Under the pieces are notes generated by a model. It worked only from the letters and a program-made list of their open reading frames with translations, was not told where the DNA came from and searched no databases. Source: Curvularia clavata (lineage: Eukaryota). From it: 64,000 nt of DNA. This document shows, piece after piece, positions 50,401 to 61,537 of the stretch. Made by a program: the position numbers and the translations under genes. Position 1 is the first letter of the stretch. Each line of letters opens with the position of its first letter. The stretch is from contig CP089281.1 of NCBI GenBank assembly GCA_023920165.1, positions 1,426,001-1,490,000 on the forward strand, written 5' to 3'.

Positions 50401-50851
50401 CATTGACGAAGCGCCTACGGGCAGCACCGACGCGATCTAGGTGGGGCGTCAGGCCAGGCAGTGGTTGTGTGGAAGCTTCCGGGGACATGAGTTCGTCGAC
50501 ATCGTCATCGTCGTCAACGGCGGGGACAAGAGGCTCAGAATGGCGGCGGCCACGACGACGCGTGGTGTGGATGGTCTGCGTGTCGACGTTGATTGTGTCA
50601 CTCTGTTGGGATCGCGAGAAAGATTCTTGGATTTCCTGGGCAATCTGGTCCTCATCCTCGTCGACGGTAATTCGCTTCGCGCGCTTTGTCTGCGAAAGCT
50701 CTCCAGAAGGTGAGGCAGTGCGCTTGCCAGTGGAGCTCATGTCTTCAGATGGAGTCTGGTTCTTCATGGAGGGGCGGCCGCGCTTTCGTCGTGGAGCGTC
50801 GCCAGGACCCTCGTGATGGTGCTCAGAAGGAAGACCGCTGAGGCGCGCCAT
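47486..50851 (-). CDS. Large intronless acidic coiled-coil protein (~1120 aa)
   Basis: Long open frame with E/L/Q/K heptads and strong codon bias. N-terminal RRKRGRPS and C-terminal KKGKKKSSRRQWDSGFG. Confidence 0.9.
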   Translation of the reverse strand: MARLSGLPSEHHHEGPGDAPRRKRGRPSMKNQTPSEDMSSTGKRTASPSGELSQTKRAKRITVDEDEDQIAQEIQESFSRSQQSDTINVDTQTIHTTRRRGRRHSEPLVPAVDDDDDVDELMSPEASTQPLPGLTPHLDRVGAARRRFVNVRRSRMSMPAQLHVERVDEIDEHNGNRVQFAPLTQVLDSRARRRLRRSHLSQEVNSFEDHQKKDKKLFLELRRQLREQDEKIKDLEYRLEARRLGEIDLSDAHADELQVQLDEARQQIDELRASSLYNGGDNDTEPVTFSDDDEDALVMVDPEDLHMSQDLDMEPLPNGKYTSRALEISSQMTLESLPTLSQLNRDYLTEGEEVMMDKIEDEAIERYERELQQLSKALGESQGALRLITIELQNLRFVEAGASSSEILAELRHGFEDLRAEVEKFFPGTTSGITTQQLLQKIPELFGGLFFELKEKLTLLNASQKTEVLLRRQYEGVLDLLGESEERIKQLESDVFTLDRANEDKQRNILELEERNANLTALNDEQEAQLTKQDADIVALEDEKAIHLHRLAQLEEALEKFRQDLDNVTTAATEFEATHHETIARMEKEHADAMADLEDMRAAEQEGREIAEADVAQKNAHIQELEESIERMEADVDKITTDMSTLRERLATQIAARETAENERDEQIELVYKHANTIENLTDTVTELKEQLNDYRENLAAERTQREKTEADLEEANEKIEDLNNRLRDTGIQANELRSKLFQLQQEKETVIAELEEEAEERENELNNQLEAESQERENAEKTIGELEQQILQLEGDLSTLESNLTDMTEARNQLEEDRDVQVANLGTQLADLTNKYAALENSTNSTIASLQANIIDLNNQVQRQQAEIEDLVEQVAEKERVYLEDTTALQEKIDVLEEDLANQKADNESYRKENDSLSRRVEAEANELLNIVGAHNDQVNSLNSVIKSHEATIKNLQDASAKRATEYEEMLEDRNNEITELRLVGDARVETIVLLEAQIEEMKERFRLAEQDTRATIDALTASQRQLQEQNERLADDLKRRNQEALQAVQEMKLKRIEVKTQGVDLHRVVAGKVSKTSEKVKIGKKGKKKSSRRQWDSGFGVDENVEDDERNGEEELIAA

Positions 50852-51591
50852 GATTGAGCGTCTCGAGGTCAATTACAAAAATCTATAGCTGCTATTAGCT
50901 TCAGCTGTGCGAGAAGACTCGTCTACGCGTGATTCTGCGCGTGTTGGGGTCTCATACGTAGTTAGCAAGAAAGAAAAAAAAAAGCGGTCGGCCAACGCAG
51001 CGCTGTCCAACAGGCGGATAGTTGCAAGGCCAAGAAAGCTCTGACTGTGGATAAATTCAGGAAGCCGATGCCCGGGGGCGGAGTGTGCGGTGAAATGGGT
51101 AGCAGCGGGGCACAGGAAGAGCAGGGCCAGCTTTGATCTAGTCGTCGAGGAGGTTGAACAGGCGACTGTGCGTGAAATGGGGTGGTTGGGCAGGTGGAGG
51201 GAGGCTTTTTGCTACGTCAAAGCGGCCCATGCAGGACCTGAGGCGAGGCCAATCAGAGGCGGCCGTCGCGCATGCACGCTAGCCGTCCGTGGGTGACGTC
51301 GACGCGCCGCCCACTTGAGCTCGCGTCTTCACTAATCCCAGCGCCCTTACAGGTTTCCGCGGCGAACTACTGGCGCTTGCGGTCACCTCCCGCCTCTCTC
51401 CACGTCACTTGGAATCTGTGAAACAATGCCCGTAAAGTCATCAGCGGCTGATCTTCATCAAGTCTAGAATTAACGCCACGCCAACCCCGGCCATGTCAGG
51501 GGGATGTGCTCCGAGATGCATGACGCTGCCATTGTCACCCCGTCACGTGCCCTGCCATGGATCTCCAAGTCCCGACGTACATGTATCTTTC

Positions 51592-53223
51592 TTACTTTTT
51601 CAGCAAAAAGTCGCTCTTGAAAAACAAGCCCTTTGTCGCGCTGGCCACTCCGTACAGGCCCCCCAGCGGCCACGTGCTCCAAAACTGCCGGTATACCCAG
51701 TCGCTCCACGACTGCTTCGACTGCGGCCTCTCTCCAGCAACGCCCTGCAGATCGACACGCACTTTCTCGTACACGCTCGGTAGACTCTCAGCATGGTACT
51801 TCTTGCGCAGCTCCATGTACTTCTTTTCGTCGTAAATGTCCCAGAACTCTTGTTCGGTGTAGTATGCGTGCGCGTATAGACACTTCATGCCCCCGAGCTC
51901 CGTCACCTTGGCCTCAAAGTCGCGGTTCAGCCGGATGAAGGCATGGGCATTGCTCGGCCCCATGTCCCAGATGCCCACGTCAAGTAGAATGTCGTCTTTG
52001 ATGTTGTTACCTTGTGAGAAGCTGCGTTCGCCCAGTGGTGCTGATTTGACAGGACACAGCCAGAGGGGCCAAATTCCAGTCTTCTCGTCAATCCATCTGA
52101 TGAACTCGTCTGCACTGTCATATGGCACGCCATAATCCTGGATGATAGTTCGAGATGCAAGACCTGAGCGGTGCAGCGCGTGTACCATTGTCCGCGAATA
52201 CATTAAAGGATCCAACAGGTACCGGGTGAGGCTGTTGAATGGTGTTACAAAGTACTTGAACGCCCGTAGCCCGGACCAGAAGACTCCTCGGTCGTATCTG
52301 AACAGATAAGACTGTGTGGGGACGAGCTCTCTGTATGTTGTGTTGCTTCCCTGGGTCCGCTTTACAATATCTTCAGCATGCATGTAGAACCAAGGGTCAG
52401 CAGGCTTGTCGAAACTCTGGATCTTCTTGTCCATGGGCGCATCCGTCAAGCGGCCAATCATAATCACTCCCCTGTCCATTGAGTACATGATGCCATCCAT
52501 GTAGTCGACTGTATTGTCTTCCTGGTGGGCTCGAAGCCGCTTTACCGCTTCTTCCGTGTTGCGGACAGGTATGTACTCCAGTTCGACGTAGTAGCTGGCT
52601 TGAATGAGCTCCATTTTGAGCATGGTAATGACGCCCAGACTGCCACAGCTACCGGCTGCCATGAAGAATAAATCGCGGTGCTCCTCCGCCGATGCCCATA
52701 TGACCTCGCCATTTCCCAGAATGAGCTCTATCCCGGTAATAGTACGGTCAAACAGTCCATACTTGTATGAACTACTTTCGCCGCTAGTACCGGCAAAACT
52801 AGTTCCGTCAGTCAGCATTGATGTCCTGAACATGTATGTTGTTGCATCTTCAAGTCGCGATAGAAAAGGGCCCGCGATCAATCGCAGGTGGGCGCACAAA
52901 AGCAACAACAAATGTCCCACTCACCCACCGCCAACCGTGATATTCGGCAGTTCCATGACAACCTTTGGCAGTAGTCCCTTTGCCATGGTAGCTTCCACGA
53001 GCTTGTCCATCGGAACATTCGGTTCTACCAACACCGTCTTTTCTAGCTCGTCAAACTGCAGCACATGGTTGAGCGAGCTCACGTCGATAACTTGGTTGCG
53101 TGCACGGGGCGATGTCCGTGTCGACAGCGTGGAACCATGATATATACGAAACGGCGTCTTGGAGGCACTAAACTGGGCGACTTGCGCTGCCAGAAATGCT
53201 ACTGTCGAGTTATGTGTCTCCAT
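51592..53223 (-). CDS. FAD-linked oxidoreductase, Delta24-sterol-reductase (DHCR24)-like, paralog A; intron 52799-52924
   Basis: FRIYHGST, LVEPNVPMD, PKVVMELPNITVGG|GFAGTSGESSSYKYGLFD, YLFRYDRG and KCLYAHAYY. Confidence 0.9.
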
Positions 53224-53839
53224 GATAGAAAAACAGTAATGTGAGAAGAGGGCCAGAGAGTCGTGGGAGGTAATGAAGATGACGGACACATGGCGACGCC
53301 ATACTTTTTGAATTATCCCTACATAAGCTGGGCTGAGCTTTCTCCACCATCCGTCCGATCCTGCCAGATCCAATGTTGACCAATCGCTCAGGGCCAAAGG
53401 TAACTTTTGTGCGGGACAGCCAGGATTGCTTGTTTTGACTTCCTGCAGGAGCACACCTTCGGGAAAAGGTATAGCTGCTTATTTTATGCCGGAGGGGTGG
53501 CATTCGAGTCACATGTACCATTGGAAAGCAACAGTCTTGCTTTCTGCTTCACGGTCGATCGGTCTGTGGATTCCATGGTGACCGGAAGAGCGGAACGGGC
53601 TCCACTCGCTGACGTACGTATGGTGTGCGGGAAGCCCTATTTGCCGGCCCGGCTCAGGTACACAGCCCAGAAACCATCTGGGTAGCTGGCGGAGCTGCAT
53701 TCTTTTTATGCAGCGACCCGAGAAAGAAAGAATTGATCGTCGTCCGACCTGCCGCCGGAGTAGTCCACACCCCCCAGAGGTATTCGTGGGGCAAAGTACC
53801 ACTCCGCTAGCGTAACCTTCCAGCCACACCTCACAGAAG

Positions 53840-55354
53840 ATGGAGCGCCACAAAGCTACCGTGGAGACAGTACGCTCTCGCGTCCAACACTTTTACGCCA
53901 CAAAGAAGGCTTTCCGCATCTACCACGGCAGTACAAATAGCACACGCCACGCAGATTTTGACCGCGATGCCATTGTCGACGTCAGCACCCTCAACCACAT
54001 TCTTTCTATCAACCATGACACGAAAACCGCCTTGGTCGAACCCAATGTCCCCATGGACGTCCTGGTGCAAGAGACGATGAAAGCTGGATTACTTCCACCC
54101 GTAGTCATGGAGTTCCCCGGTATCACCGTTGGCGGAGGCTTTGTAGGGACCGCGGGAGAAAGCAGCAGTTTCAAGCACGGATTCTTTGACCGGACCATTC
54201 TAAGCGCTGAAATAGTGCTAGCAGACGGAACGCTTGTGACTGCATCTGCAAGCCAGAATGAAGATTTGTTCGAGGGCCTCCGAGGCAGTTTTGGGACGCT
54301 GGGCGTGCTGACGATGGTGGAGATGAAGTTAATTCCGCTGAGACAAATGGTCGAAGTGACATACCATCCCACTTTTTCGTTTGAGAACGCAACAGGCAAG
54401 ATGAAGTATCATGCGAGCGACGAAAGAAATGACTATGTCGACGGTGTCTTGTTTTCAAAAGGCACAGGTGTCATTGTCGCGGGCCGGCTTGTGGATACGA
54501 CTACTCACACGCCTGATCTCCCAGTACAGCGCTTCTCAAGGCCGTGGGACGAGTGGTTCTGGATCCACGCCCGGACTGTGTCATCTCGCGGTATCATTAC
54601 AAAAGAGCTAGTACCCATCCAAGACTACCTCTTCCGCTACGACCGCGGCGCCTTCTGGATGGGCATGTACGCTTACAAGCATTTCATGGTTCCGTTTACG
54701 TGGCTGACGCGCCTCCTGTTCGACTACTTCATGCACACGCGCATCATGTACCATGCCCTGCATGCTTCAGGATATACAGATCGTTATATCATTCACGACA
54801 TTGCCTTCCCGGCTGACAACGCAGCGCCGTTTCTCGAGTATGCTGACGAGGCTTTCGGCTTGTATCCCATCTGGCTGTGTCCGCTCCGTCGAGATGGCAG
54901 AGCCTCGATGGGACATGTGAAGCCTTTCAGCGGGCTGGTTGGCGGTAAGCAGGTAGACGCATACGAGGGCGAGGATATTAGTGTCGGGCTGTGGGGACCG
55001 TATCCATCCAATGAAGCGGAGTTTGTCCGTGCAAATCGCGAGATTGAAGCAAAGATGCGGGAACTGGGTGGCTTGAAGTGGCTTTACTCGCGGGTCTTTT
55101 ACACCGAAGAGGAGTGGTGGCAGGTTTACGACAAGCAGGAGTACGAGCAGCTCCGTCTGAAGTACCACGCTACGTCCCTCCCCTCGATATGGGATAAGGT
55201 CAAGGACAGAGGGAGGAAACAAGATTTTGGACCTGGCGTGAAGGGATTGCTCAAGAGGTTTATCAAAAGTAATGCTTTCTCAGCCGGTCTCTATGGTATA
55301 TACAAGGCGGTGAAGGGCGGAGACTACATACTGAAGAAGCAAAAGGCCGCATGA
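53840..55354 (+). CDS. FAD-linked oxidoreductase, DHCR24-like, paralog B (intronless)
   Basis: FRIYHGST, LVEPNVPMD, PPVVMEFPGITVGGGFVGTAGESSSFKHGFFD, YLFRYDRG and KWLYSRVFY. Confidence 0.93.
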   Translation: MERHKATVETVRSRVQHFYATKKAFRIYHGSTNSTRHADFDRDAIVDVSTLNHILSINHDTKTALVEPNVPMDVLVQETMKAGLLPPVVMEFPGITVGGGFVGTAGESSSFKHGFFDRTILSAEIVLADGTLVTASASQNEDLFEGLRGSFGTLGVLTMVEMKLIPLRQMVEVTYHPTFSFENATGKMKYHASDERNDYVDGVLFSKGTGVIVAGRLVDTTTHTPDLPVQRFSRPWDEWFWIHARTVSSRGIITKELVPIQDYLFRYDRGAFWMGMYAYKHFMVPFTWLTRLLFDYFMHTRIMYHALHASGYTDRYIIHDIAFPADNAAPFLEYADEAFGLYPIWLCPLRRDGRASMGHVKPFSGLVGGKQVDAYEGEDISVGLWGPYPSNEAEFVRANREIEAKMRELGGLKWLYSRVFYTEEEWWQVYDKQEYEQLRLKYHATSLPSIWDKVKDRGRKQDFGPGVKGLLKRFIKSNAFSAGLYGIYKAVKGGDYILKKQKAA

Positions 55355-55607
55355 GGCACTCTCTGGGAACTAGAGTAGCCGGACAAGTACCAAAACAGCA
55401 TACAATGAAATAGCAGCTCGAGATACAGCCGAATCGGCTAAGATTGCATTCAGCAGTATATACACATACTCCTGCAGACGCAAGGCACTATGCTAATCCA
55501 TGCAAAGTAAATCCATGCAAGCGTATGGTTGTGAACCGGACGCTGCTCCATCGCGACGAAGCCTTTTGCCGTACTTCTAGCGCCAACGGCTTTCACTTCT
55601 CAGCCTA

Positions 55608-56183
55608 TCACGCTAAAACCTTCTCCAGCTGCTTGACTTCCATTGACAACTTCTCCAACTCTTCCTTTTTGGCCTCGCATTCGCGCCTCCATTTCCTCCG
55701 CAGGCACCACCTCTCGAGATCGTCCTTGGGCTCTTCCGTCTCAAGCTTGACCTCTATTTTCTCCCAGTTGCGGTTCCATAGCATCTTGAATTTGGTCCAG
55801 AGTGCCAAGAGAGCAATAGTAGTGACAAATGTCAACGCAGACCAGAAGACGACTTCAAATTCAAAATCCATTGGATCCTCAACCTGGTTGAATGATGCCG
55901 CTGTGGGTATGGGGCCAGAGGAGGGGATCTGTCGGATCTGGTTGTGCAAGTGCGTTGGGACGAGGGTTGGGCTGAACAGAGGCTCCAGCTTGAGGATCGG
56001 GACAAGAAAAAGGTTGGCGAGGGATGCTTGGGGTGTGAGCATGGTCATGATTTCGAGTTTGGAGATGTTGAGGGCGTTGGCTACAGCATCGATGGCAAAT
56101 CCGTCGGTCAAGGCCTTAAGGACGAGGCCATGGACCAAGGCGTCGAGGACGAAGGTTGCGTTGGTACCGACATGTGAGGACAT
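55608..56183 (-). CDS. Hypothetical 191-aa protein with one TM helix and a C-terminal coiled coil
   Basis: ATG in ACCATG context, TM VVFWSALTFVTTIALLALW and charged helix KKEELEKLSMEVKQLEK. No family recognised. Confidence 0.5.
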   Translation of the reverse strand: MSSHVGTNATFVLDALVHGLVLKALTDGFAIDAVANALNISKLEIMTMLTPQASLANLFLVPILKLEPLFSPTLVPTHLHNQIRQIPSSGPIPTAASFNQVEDPMDFEFEVVFWSALTFVTTIALLALWTKFKMLWNRNWEKIEVKLETEEPKDDLERWCLRRKWRRECEAKKEELEKLSMEVKQLEKVLA

Positions 56184-57268
56184 GGTGAGGCTTTGTTAGG
56201 TTGCTGGGTCTGCTTAACAAGGGAGCACCTTGGGGGAGAGTGGGAAGTGTGAGGGTACCTTGATAAGTTTGATGGTGGATGTTCTCTGTTGGGTTGCAAA
56301 AGTGGTGGAGTGAAGGAGAAGGGGAAGTGGAAGTGTGAATGAGGTGGCTAACATCTTACAGCAAGAATCCATTGGAAGTAAAAGCATTTGTTCTAAGTAA
56401 GGTAAGAGGGACGTTCTTGTGGGCAATCATCACCACCGCAGCTGGGGAAATGGTAAGAGCCATGGAAGACACTGGTTCATGGCCACGTGATATTGCCAAC
56501 GGCGCTGCCAACCTCTTCGTCAAAGCTGAAAATGTTCAGATTTGGCATTGAGCTGGCGAGTGGCTAGCCCGTAATACAAAGTAATCAGATGTGTCGATAA
56601 CGCTACAAACCTTCGGTATTAGATGCGTCGTGTGCAAGGGCTTTGTAGGGATATCTGGAGTTTGCAGCCGCGGCAAACTTTTACAATTGCCAGCAGACAG
56701 CAAAGAGTCCTACGGGGATTGCACTGTGACAAACACGTGAATACGACAGAACCGTCACATCATCTATACTTGTACATGTATATACACGCTACCCGGCATG
56801 GCGGGCTGGCCAGGCTCGCTTGATTGGGCCGACGCACAGACGACAAATGGTTCGCGAGGTTTCCATTTTGCCTTCCGAATCAGTGCAGTTCTCACTAGCA
56901 CTCTTCCTGCCTACACGCGCACAATACCCGACCCGCCTGCTCTCATTGCCTCTTCTTCCATCTCTCTCTCGTCCTCCACGGGCCCAAACCATATACCGCC
57001 ATCTAATCCACTAGACGCCATCTCCGTCTTGCCTCGTCGCAACCCGCTGCCCGACTCCCTCTCTTCTCCGTCTTTGCTACGCCTTCGGTATGCGCCATCG
57101 CCTTGACCCCAGCATTCGACGCTGCGGATATTGACTCGCTTCTACAGACTCTAGGCGCTTGCCTCGTCCCTTGCCTGCCCCAGTCGCATCTCGTCTTCGC
57201 GCACACGGTTACCAATTCGTCGCAATCCTCGATCAACAAACCCTCTACCCCCGCTCCCCACACAGAAA

Positions 57269-59004
57269 ATGGCTTCTACCGAATCATCCGGCCCCGTCAA
57301 CGGCAACTACGCGACACAGGCATACGAGAGCAACTACTCTGCTACCGCCTCCAACTTCACACCCTCCCAGCAACCAGCCCCCAGCCAGCCCGCACAACAA
57401 GCATCTGCCTCCGAAATCCCCAAGGATGAGGTCGGATGGTACTTCGTTGAGCAGTACTATACTACCCTGAGCAAGAGCCCCGACCGACTTTACGTAAGAA
57501 TCCCATTGCCAGTCAATCCTCACCGAGACTTTTGGCTGACCAAAACTCCAGCTTTTCTACAACAAGCGCTCTCAGTATGTTTCGGGCGTTGAAGAGGACA
57601 AGGTCAATGTTTGCTTGGGCCAGAAGGTACGTGGATGACCATGCAGGAACCTCATCAAGCTAACATGATTGCAGGCGATCAACGAGCGCATCAAGGAGCT
57701 AGACTTCAAGGATACCAAGGTCCGCGTCACCAACGTCGATTCCCAGGGCTCCGACGCCAACATCGTCATCCAAGTCATTGGTGAAATCTCAAACCAGGGC
57801 CAGCCCCACAGGCGCTTCGTCCAGACCTTTGTCCTTGCCGAGCAGACCAACGGCTACTTTGTTCTCAACGACATCTTCCGCTATCTTGCCGAGGAGCCAG
57901 AGGAGGATGAGGAGCAGCAAGAGCAGGCTGCGCCCGCCAACGGCGTCACTGAGCCAGCTCCCACCGCTGCCGTTCCTGAGAACACTGAGCCCAAGAGCGA
58001 TGAGGTCGCAACCAGCGAGGAGGCCCTGAACAAGGTTGACCACAAGCTGCAGGAGGTTGCCAAAGAGGAGCCTGCCGAGGAGGAGGCTGCGCCCGCAGCT
58101 CCAGCCCAACAAGAGCCCGAGGTTGAGCAACCCGCTGCCGAAGAGGCACCCGCCGCCGTTGAGGAGAAGGCCGCTGAGGAGCCTCAAGCCCCTGTTGAGG
58201 AGACCACCGAGCCTCAGAAGCCTGCCGCACCTGCCCCATCGGCACAAAAGGCCGCCCCTGTTGCGATGCCTTCCGGACCACCCAAGCCCGCTGCTCCCCG
58301 CACTTGGGCTAGCCTCGCAGCTTCCGCACACAAGGTTGCTACCCCCGTCGTGAACGCCCCGGCTTCACAGCAAGCCCCTGCGCAGCCCAAGGCTGCTGCT
58401 GCCACTACCCCCGCCCCTGCTCAGTCCGCCACTCCTGCTGCCAGTCAGCCTGCCGCCCCTGCTCGTGAGCAGTCTCCCGCCGCAAGCCAGGGTGAGGCTG
58501 CCGGATGGCAAACGGCTACTGGCCACAAGAAGGAGCAGTCTCGCGCACAGAACGCCAGCCCTGCCGCCGACCCCGACCAGAAGCGTGCTTACATTAAGAA
58601 CGTCTACAGCCAAGTCGAGGAGGGTGCTCTGAGGGCCGCCCTCACCAAGTTCGGCGAGATTGAGTATCTTGACATCAGCCGTGGCAAGGTAAGCGAAACC
58701 GATTTAGCATCCCCAAGATATCGCCTAGCTAACGTGCGTTTAGAACTGTGCTTTTGTCGACTTCAAGACCCCTGCCGGATTCCAAGCTGCTGTTGCTGCC
58801 AACCCCCACACGGTCAATGGCATCGAGATGAAGGTTGAAGAGCGTCGCCAGAACCCCGGGCAATTCAACCGTGGAGGCTTCGCTCGTGGCGGCGCTTCTC
58901 GTGGCCGTGGCGGTATGGGCGGCCAGGCACCTCGTGGAAACTTCCAGCCTCGTGGCCGAGGTGGTTCCATGCGCGGTCGCGGTGGTGCGGCTCAGGAATC
59001 CTAA
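57269..59004 (+). CDS. NTF2-RRM-RGG protein, G3BP/Bre5/Nxt3-like (3 introns)
   Basis: NTF2 EVGWYFVEQYYTTL..L|FYNKRS and RRFVQTFVLAEQTNGYFVLNDIFRYL. Acidic/Pro linker with TWASLAA. RRM AYIKNV..CAFVDF and an RGG tail. Confidence 0.93.
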
Positions 59005-59788
59005 AGGACGACATTTGTTACCAAATTTTCCTCACACACCCTTCATTCGTTCCTTGATGAGCTCATTCGACTCAATGGCCTAACGACTGACGGCTTTAGC
59101 TATGTACTGTACTCGACCCTTTTTTCAGCGCTTGTATAAAAGTCATTTCATTTCGAGGAAAAGTCTGGGCGTCTGCGTTCGTCCTTGGGGTTTTGAGCCC
59201 TTGCATAGCGAGCGGTTTCATTTCAGCATGGTTTCCTTGTGTAGTCATAAGTATTCGTCTAGTCCGTTGTTCGATTATATTTCCTTTCTCTTGTTCGCGC
59301 GCGCATTTCCGGTTGCCTAATGTATAGGAACGACGGGCTACCTGGTTGGTGGGTAGGTATAGGTGGGTGGAGAGGTATAGGCTAGGAGCTGATGTCATGG
59401 GTATCTATTGCAATGGATTCCTGAGCAAAGGTTAGCCAGGCACACGTACAGCATGACATGTACTAAGTCGAGATGAAACGAGGATAGGAAAGGAAATCGT
59501 AAAGACGGCCGAGTACGAATGCAATATGTGAGATATGTAGATGTATCATCTATTTAAAAATGCGTTACCACTGCTTCAACCTTGGCAAGATTATGCAGCT
59601 TCACGTACTCTGCGTACCGTCAGTTCAGTATACCTTCCCGCCCCAACTACTCTGGTATGAACAAAAACGTTGATTTCGTCTACCTTTCGTATCGTACAAA
59701 TCGTACGGGTCGTGGCAATCGTAGTTCTGCCTTGTCTAAAGCAGCGTATACTACCTACGCGTGAAGGTAGTCTCGTCCAGCAAACAAG

Positions 59789-60492
59789 GTGCTCAGAACA
59801 GACACTAAAGCTCAAGAATTGGAAATTTACGGCCTGAAAATAATTTGCCTTTCCACTATCAATATTGCTAAAACTGCCTGGCAATCGTACACATTTTGCG
59901 GATCCCAGCCCATAGATCTTCAAGGTGGGGTTCCGCGTGGACTGCAAGGCGTAGCTTCCCGGATTTTGGGTAATTTCTGGACGGCGCGGCACTGCAAGGG
60001 CCCGGAAAGCAGGATGGTTGGTTTTGAAGAAATGAGACATGTGAACATACCCATGAATTGTCTGGAAATGGTCAGACACATTCATGACTATTTTCACACC
60101 TCTCATTGATAAGGCCAGCGTCGATCGGATCGCTAGGACCCATAGATGATTTTTTCCGACCGATAGTTGTGAAGATCCTGACGGCACTTGCTATGGTAGC
60201 CATGAAGGCTTTGTATATCAGTCGCCGTGGCTAGGGTAGCCAACGTCGCTGAAACGTTTTTGCAAAATGCCATCCTGTATCGAATTCGTGTCGGACGGAG
60301 ATGTGTACTTTGACCCCACTCACGCAAGCTTTATCGAAGAAGGCAAGTGTTCTGGAGCATATATTGTTGGGGATAGTTGTGGTCCCGGGCTCTGGAAGTG
60401 CTGGTGCTCGTAAAATTGAGCTTCATATTACGGTTGCTGATATGATTCGTCACACCACTCTAGAGCAAGTTGCAGACAGAGCTATCGTCTAA
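59789..60492 (+). pseudogene. Probable degenerate NRPS fragments (condensation-like and thiolation/PCP-like)
   Basis: VGDS at 60366-60377, then after a +1 shift ARKIELHITVADMIRHTTLEQVA, which matches the fungal T-domain pattern GGDS..AR..G..ITVAD.F..PTL..LA. Weaker C-domain-like STINIAKTAW and GFEEMR lie upstream. Confidence 0.45.
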
Positions 60493-61537
60493 CCTGGGAG
60501 CAATCAGTCTGTTGGTTCAGTTTGTTGGCTCAATTCAGTAGTTGGTGGTGTGACGCGCTGTCGACCCTGATATCCAAGCTTCGCTGACGACATGATAACC
60601 CGCATTTTATCTCGCCTTTGTTTGTCACAGTCTATCCTCAGGTAAAAGAACTGCAAATCAAACGCTTTGCCAATACCCGTATTGTTACCATGGAGGGAGC
60701 ACGTACCCTGTTGCGATGGCTTTGCAGAATGATCGGCACTCTCAGGCTGGGGCTCAAACAAGACTTTGGCATCGATTGCAGCATGTGCAAACTTGGAATT
60801 CTTGTCGTAGTGCTTCATGATTGGACATTTACATGCACGCAAACTTGAAATAGGCGATTTCTTTGTTTTGCTCCGTGTTTCCTTTTATTGTTGCATGTAC
60901 TTTTCTTGTCGAAGTTGGAATGAGATCATGGTGAGCACCAACGCGGGCGTAAAGAACGGCCCCTTCAAGTTAGATTGTCCAATCTCCCTATTTTTGCGGT
61001 ACGGCGGGCTTGCAGGATGAAGCGGTAGACGTCTGTATTTTATGCAAGGCTATAATAGACAGAAGTCCCAATAACACAAGTACCACATCACATCTACTTG
61101 AAACTGGGGCCTCGGGAAGATCTCAACCGTACCAAGGTCAGCTGATAAAGCGACGCGAAGCATGCATAGGTGCACTGATAGCTGATTCGACGACGAGCAA
61201 GCCCGCTTGCATCAGCAACAGCCCAATAGCTAGCTCCACGGCCGACTATGGCGTCGCCCTGATTGTACCTGCTGTACTCTCCGCCGTCTTCCTGTCAGCA
61301 CTCGGTGACAGACTCGTTCCCCTTTGCTCTACTCCTGGCAGCACAGACAAGACGACGGGCGCATTGGCGCGTTCCACACGACACTAACAGTGCAGTAGCT
61401 CACAGTGGGGCGAACGCGGGGCGGGTCGCGTGCATCACATCACCACTCGGTACTTGGACGAGGCTTACAACTTCTCCCTTGGCCAAACCTCCCAACCCTC
61501 TATATCAGAAGCCATATGCTTCCAACGTCTTGCCGAT

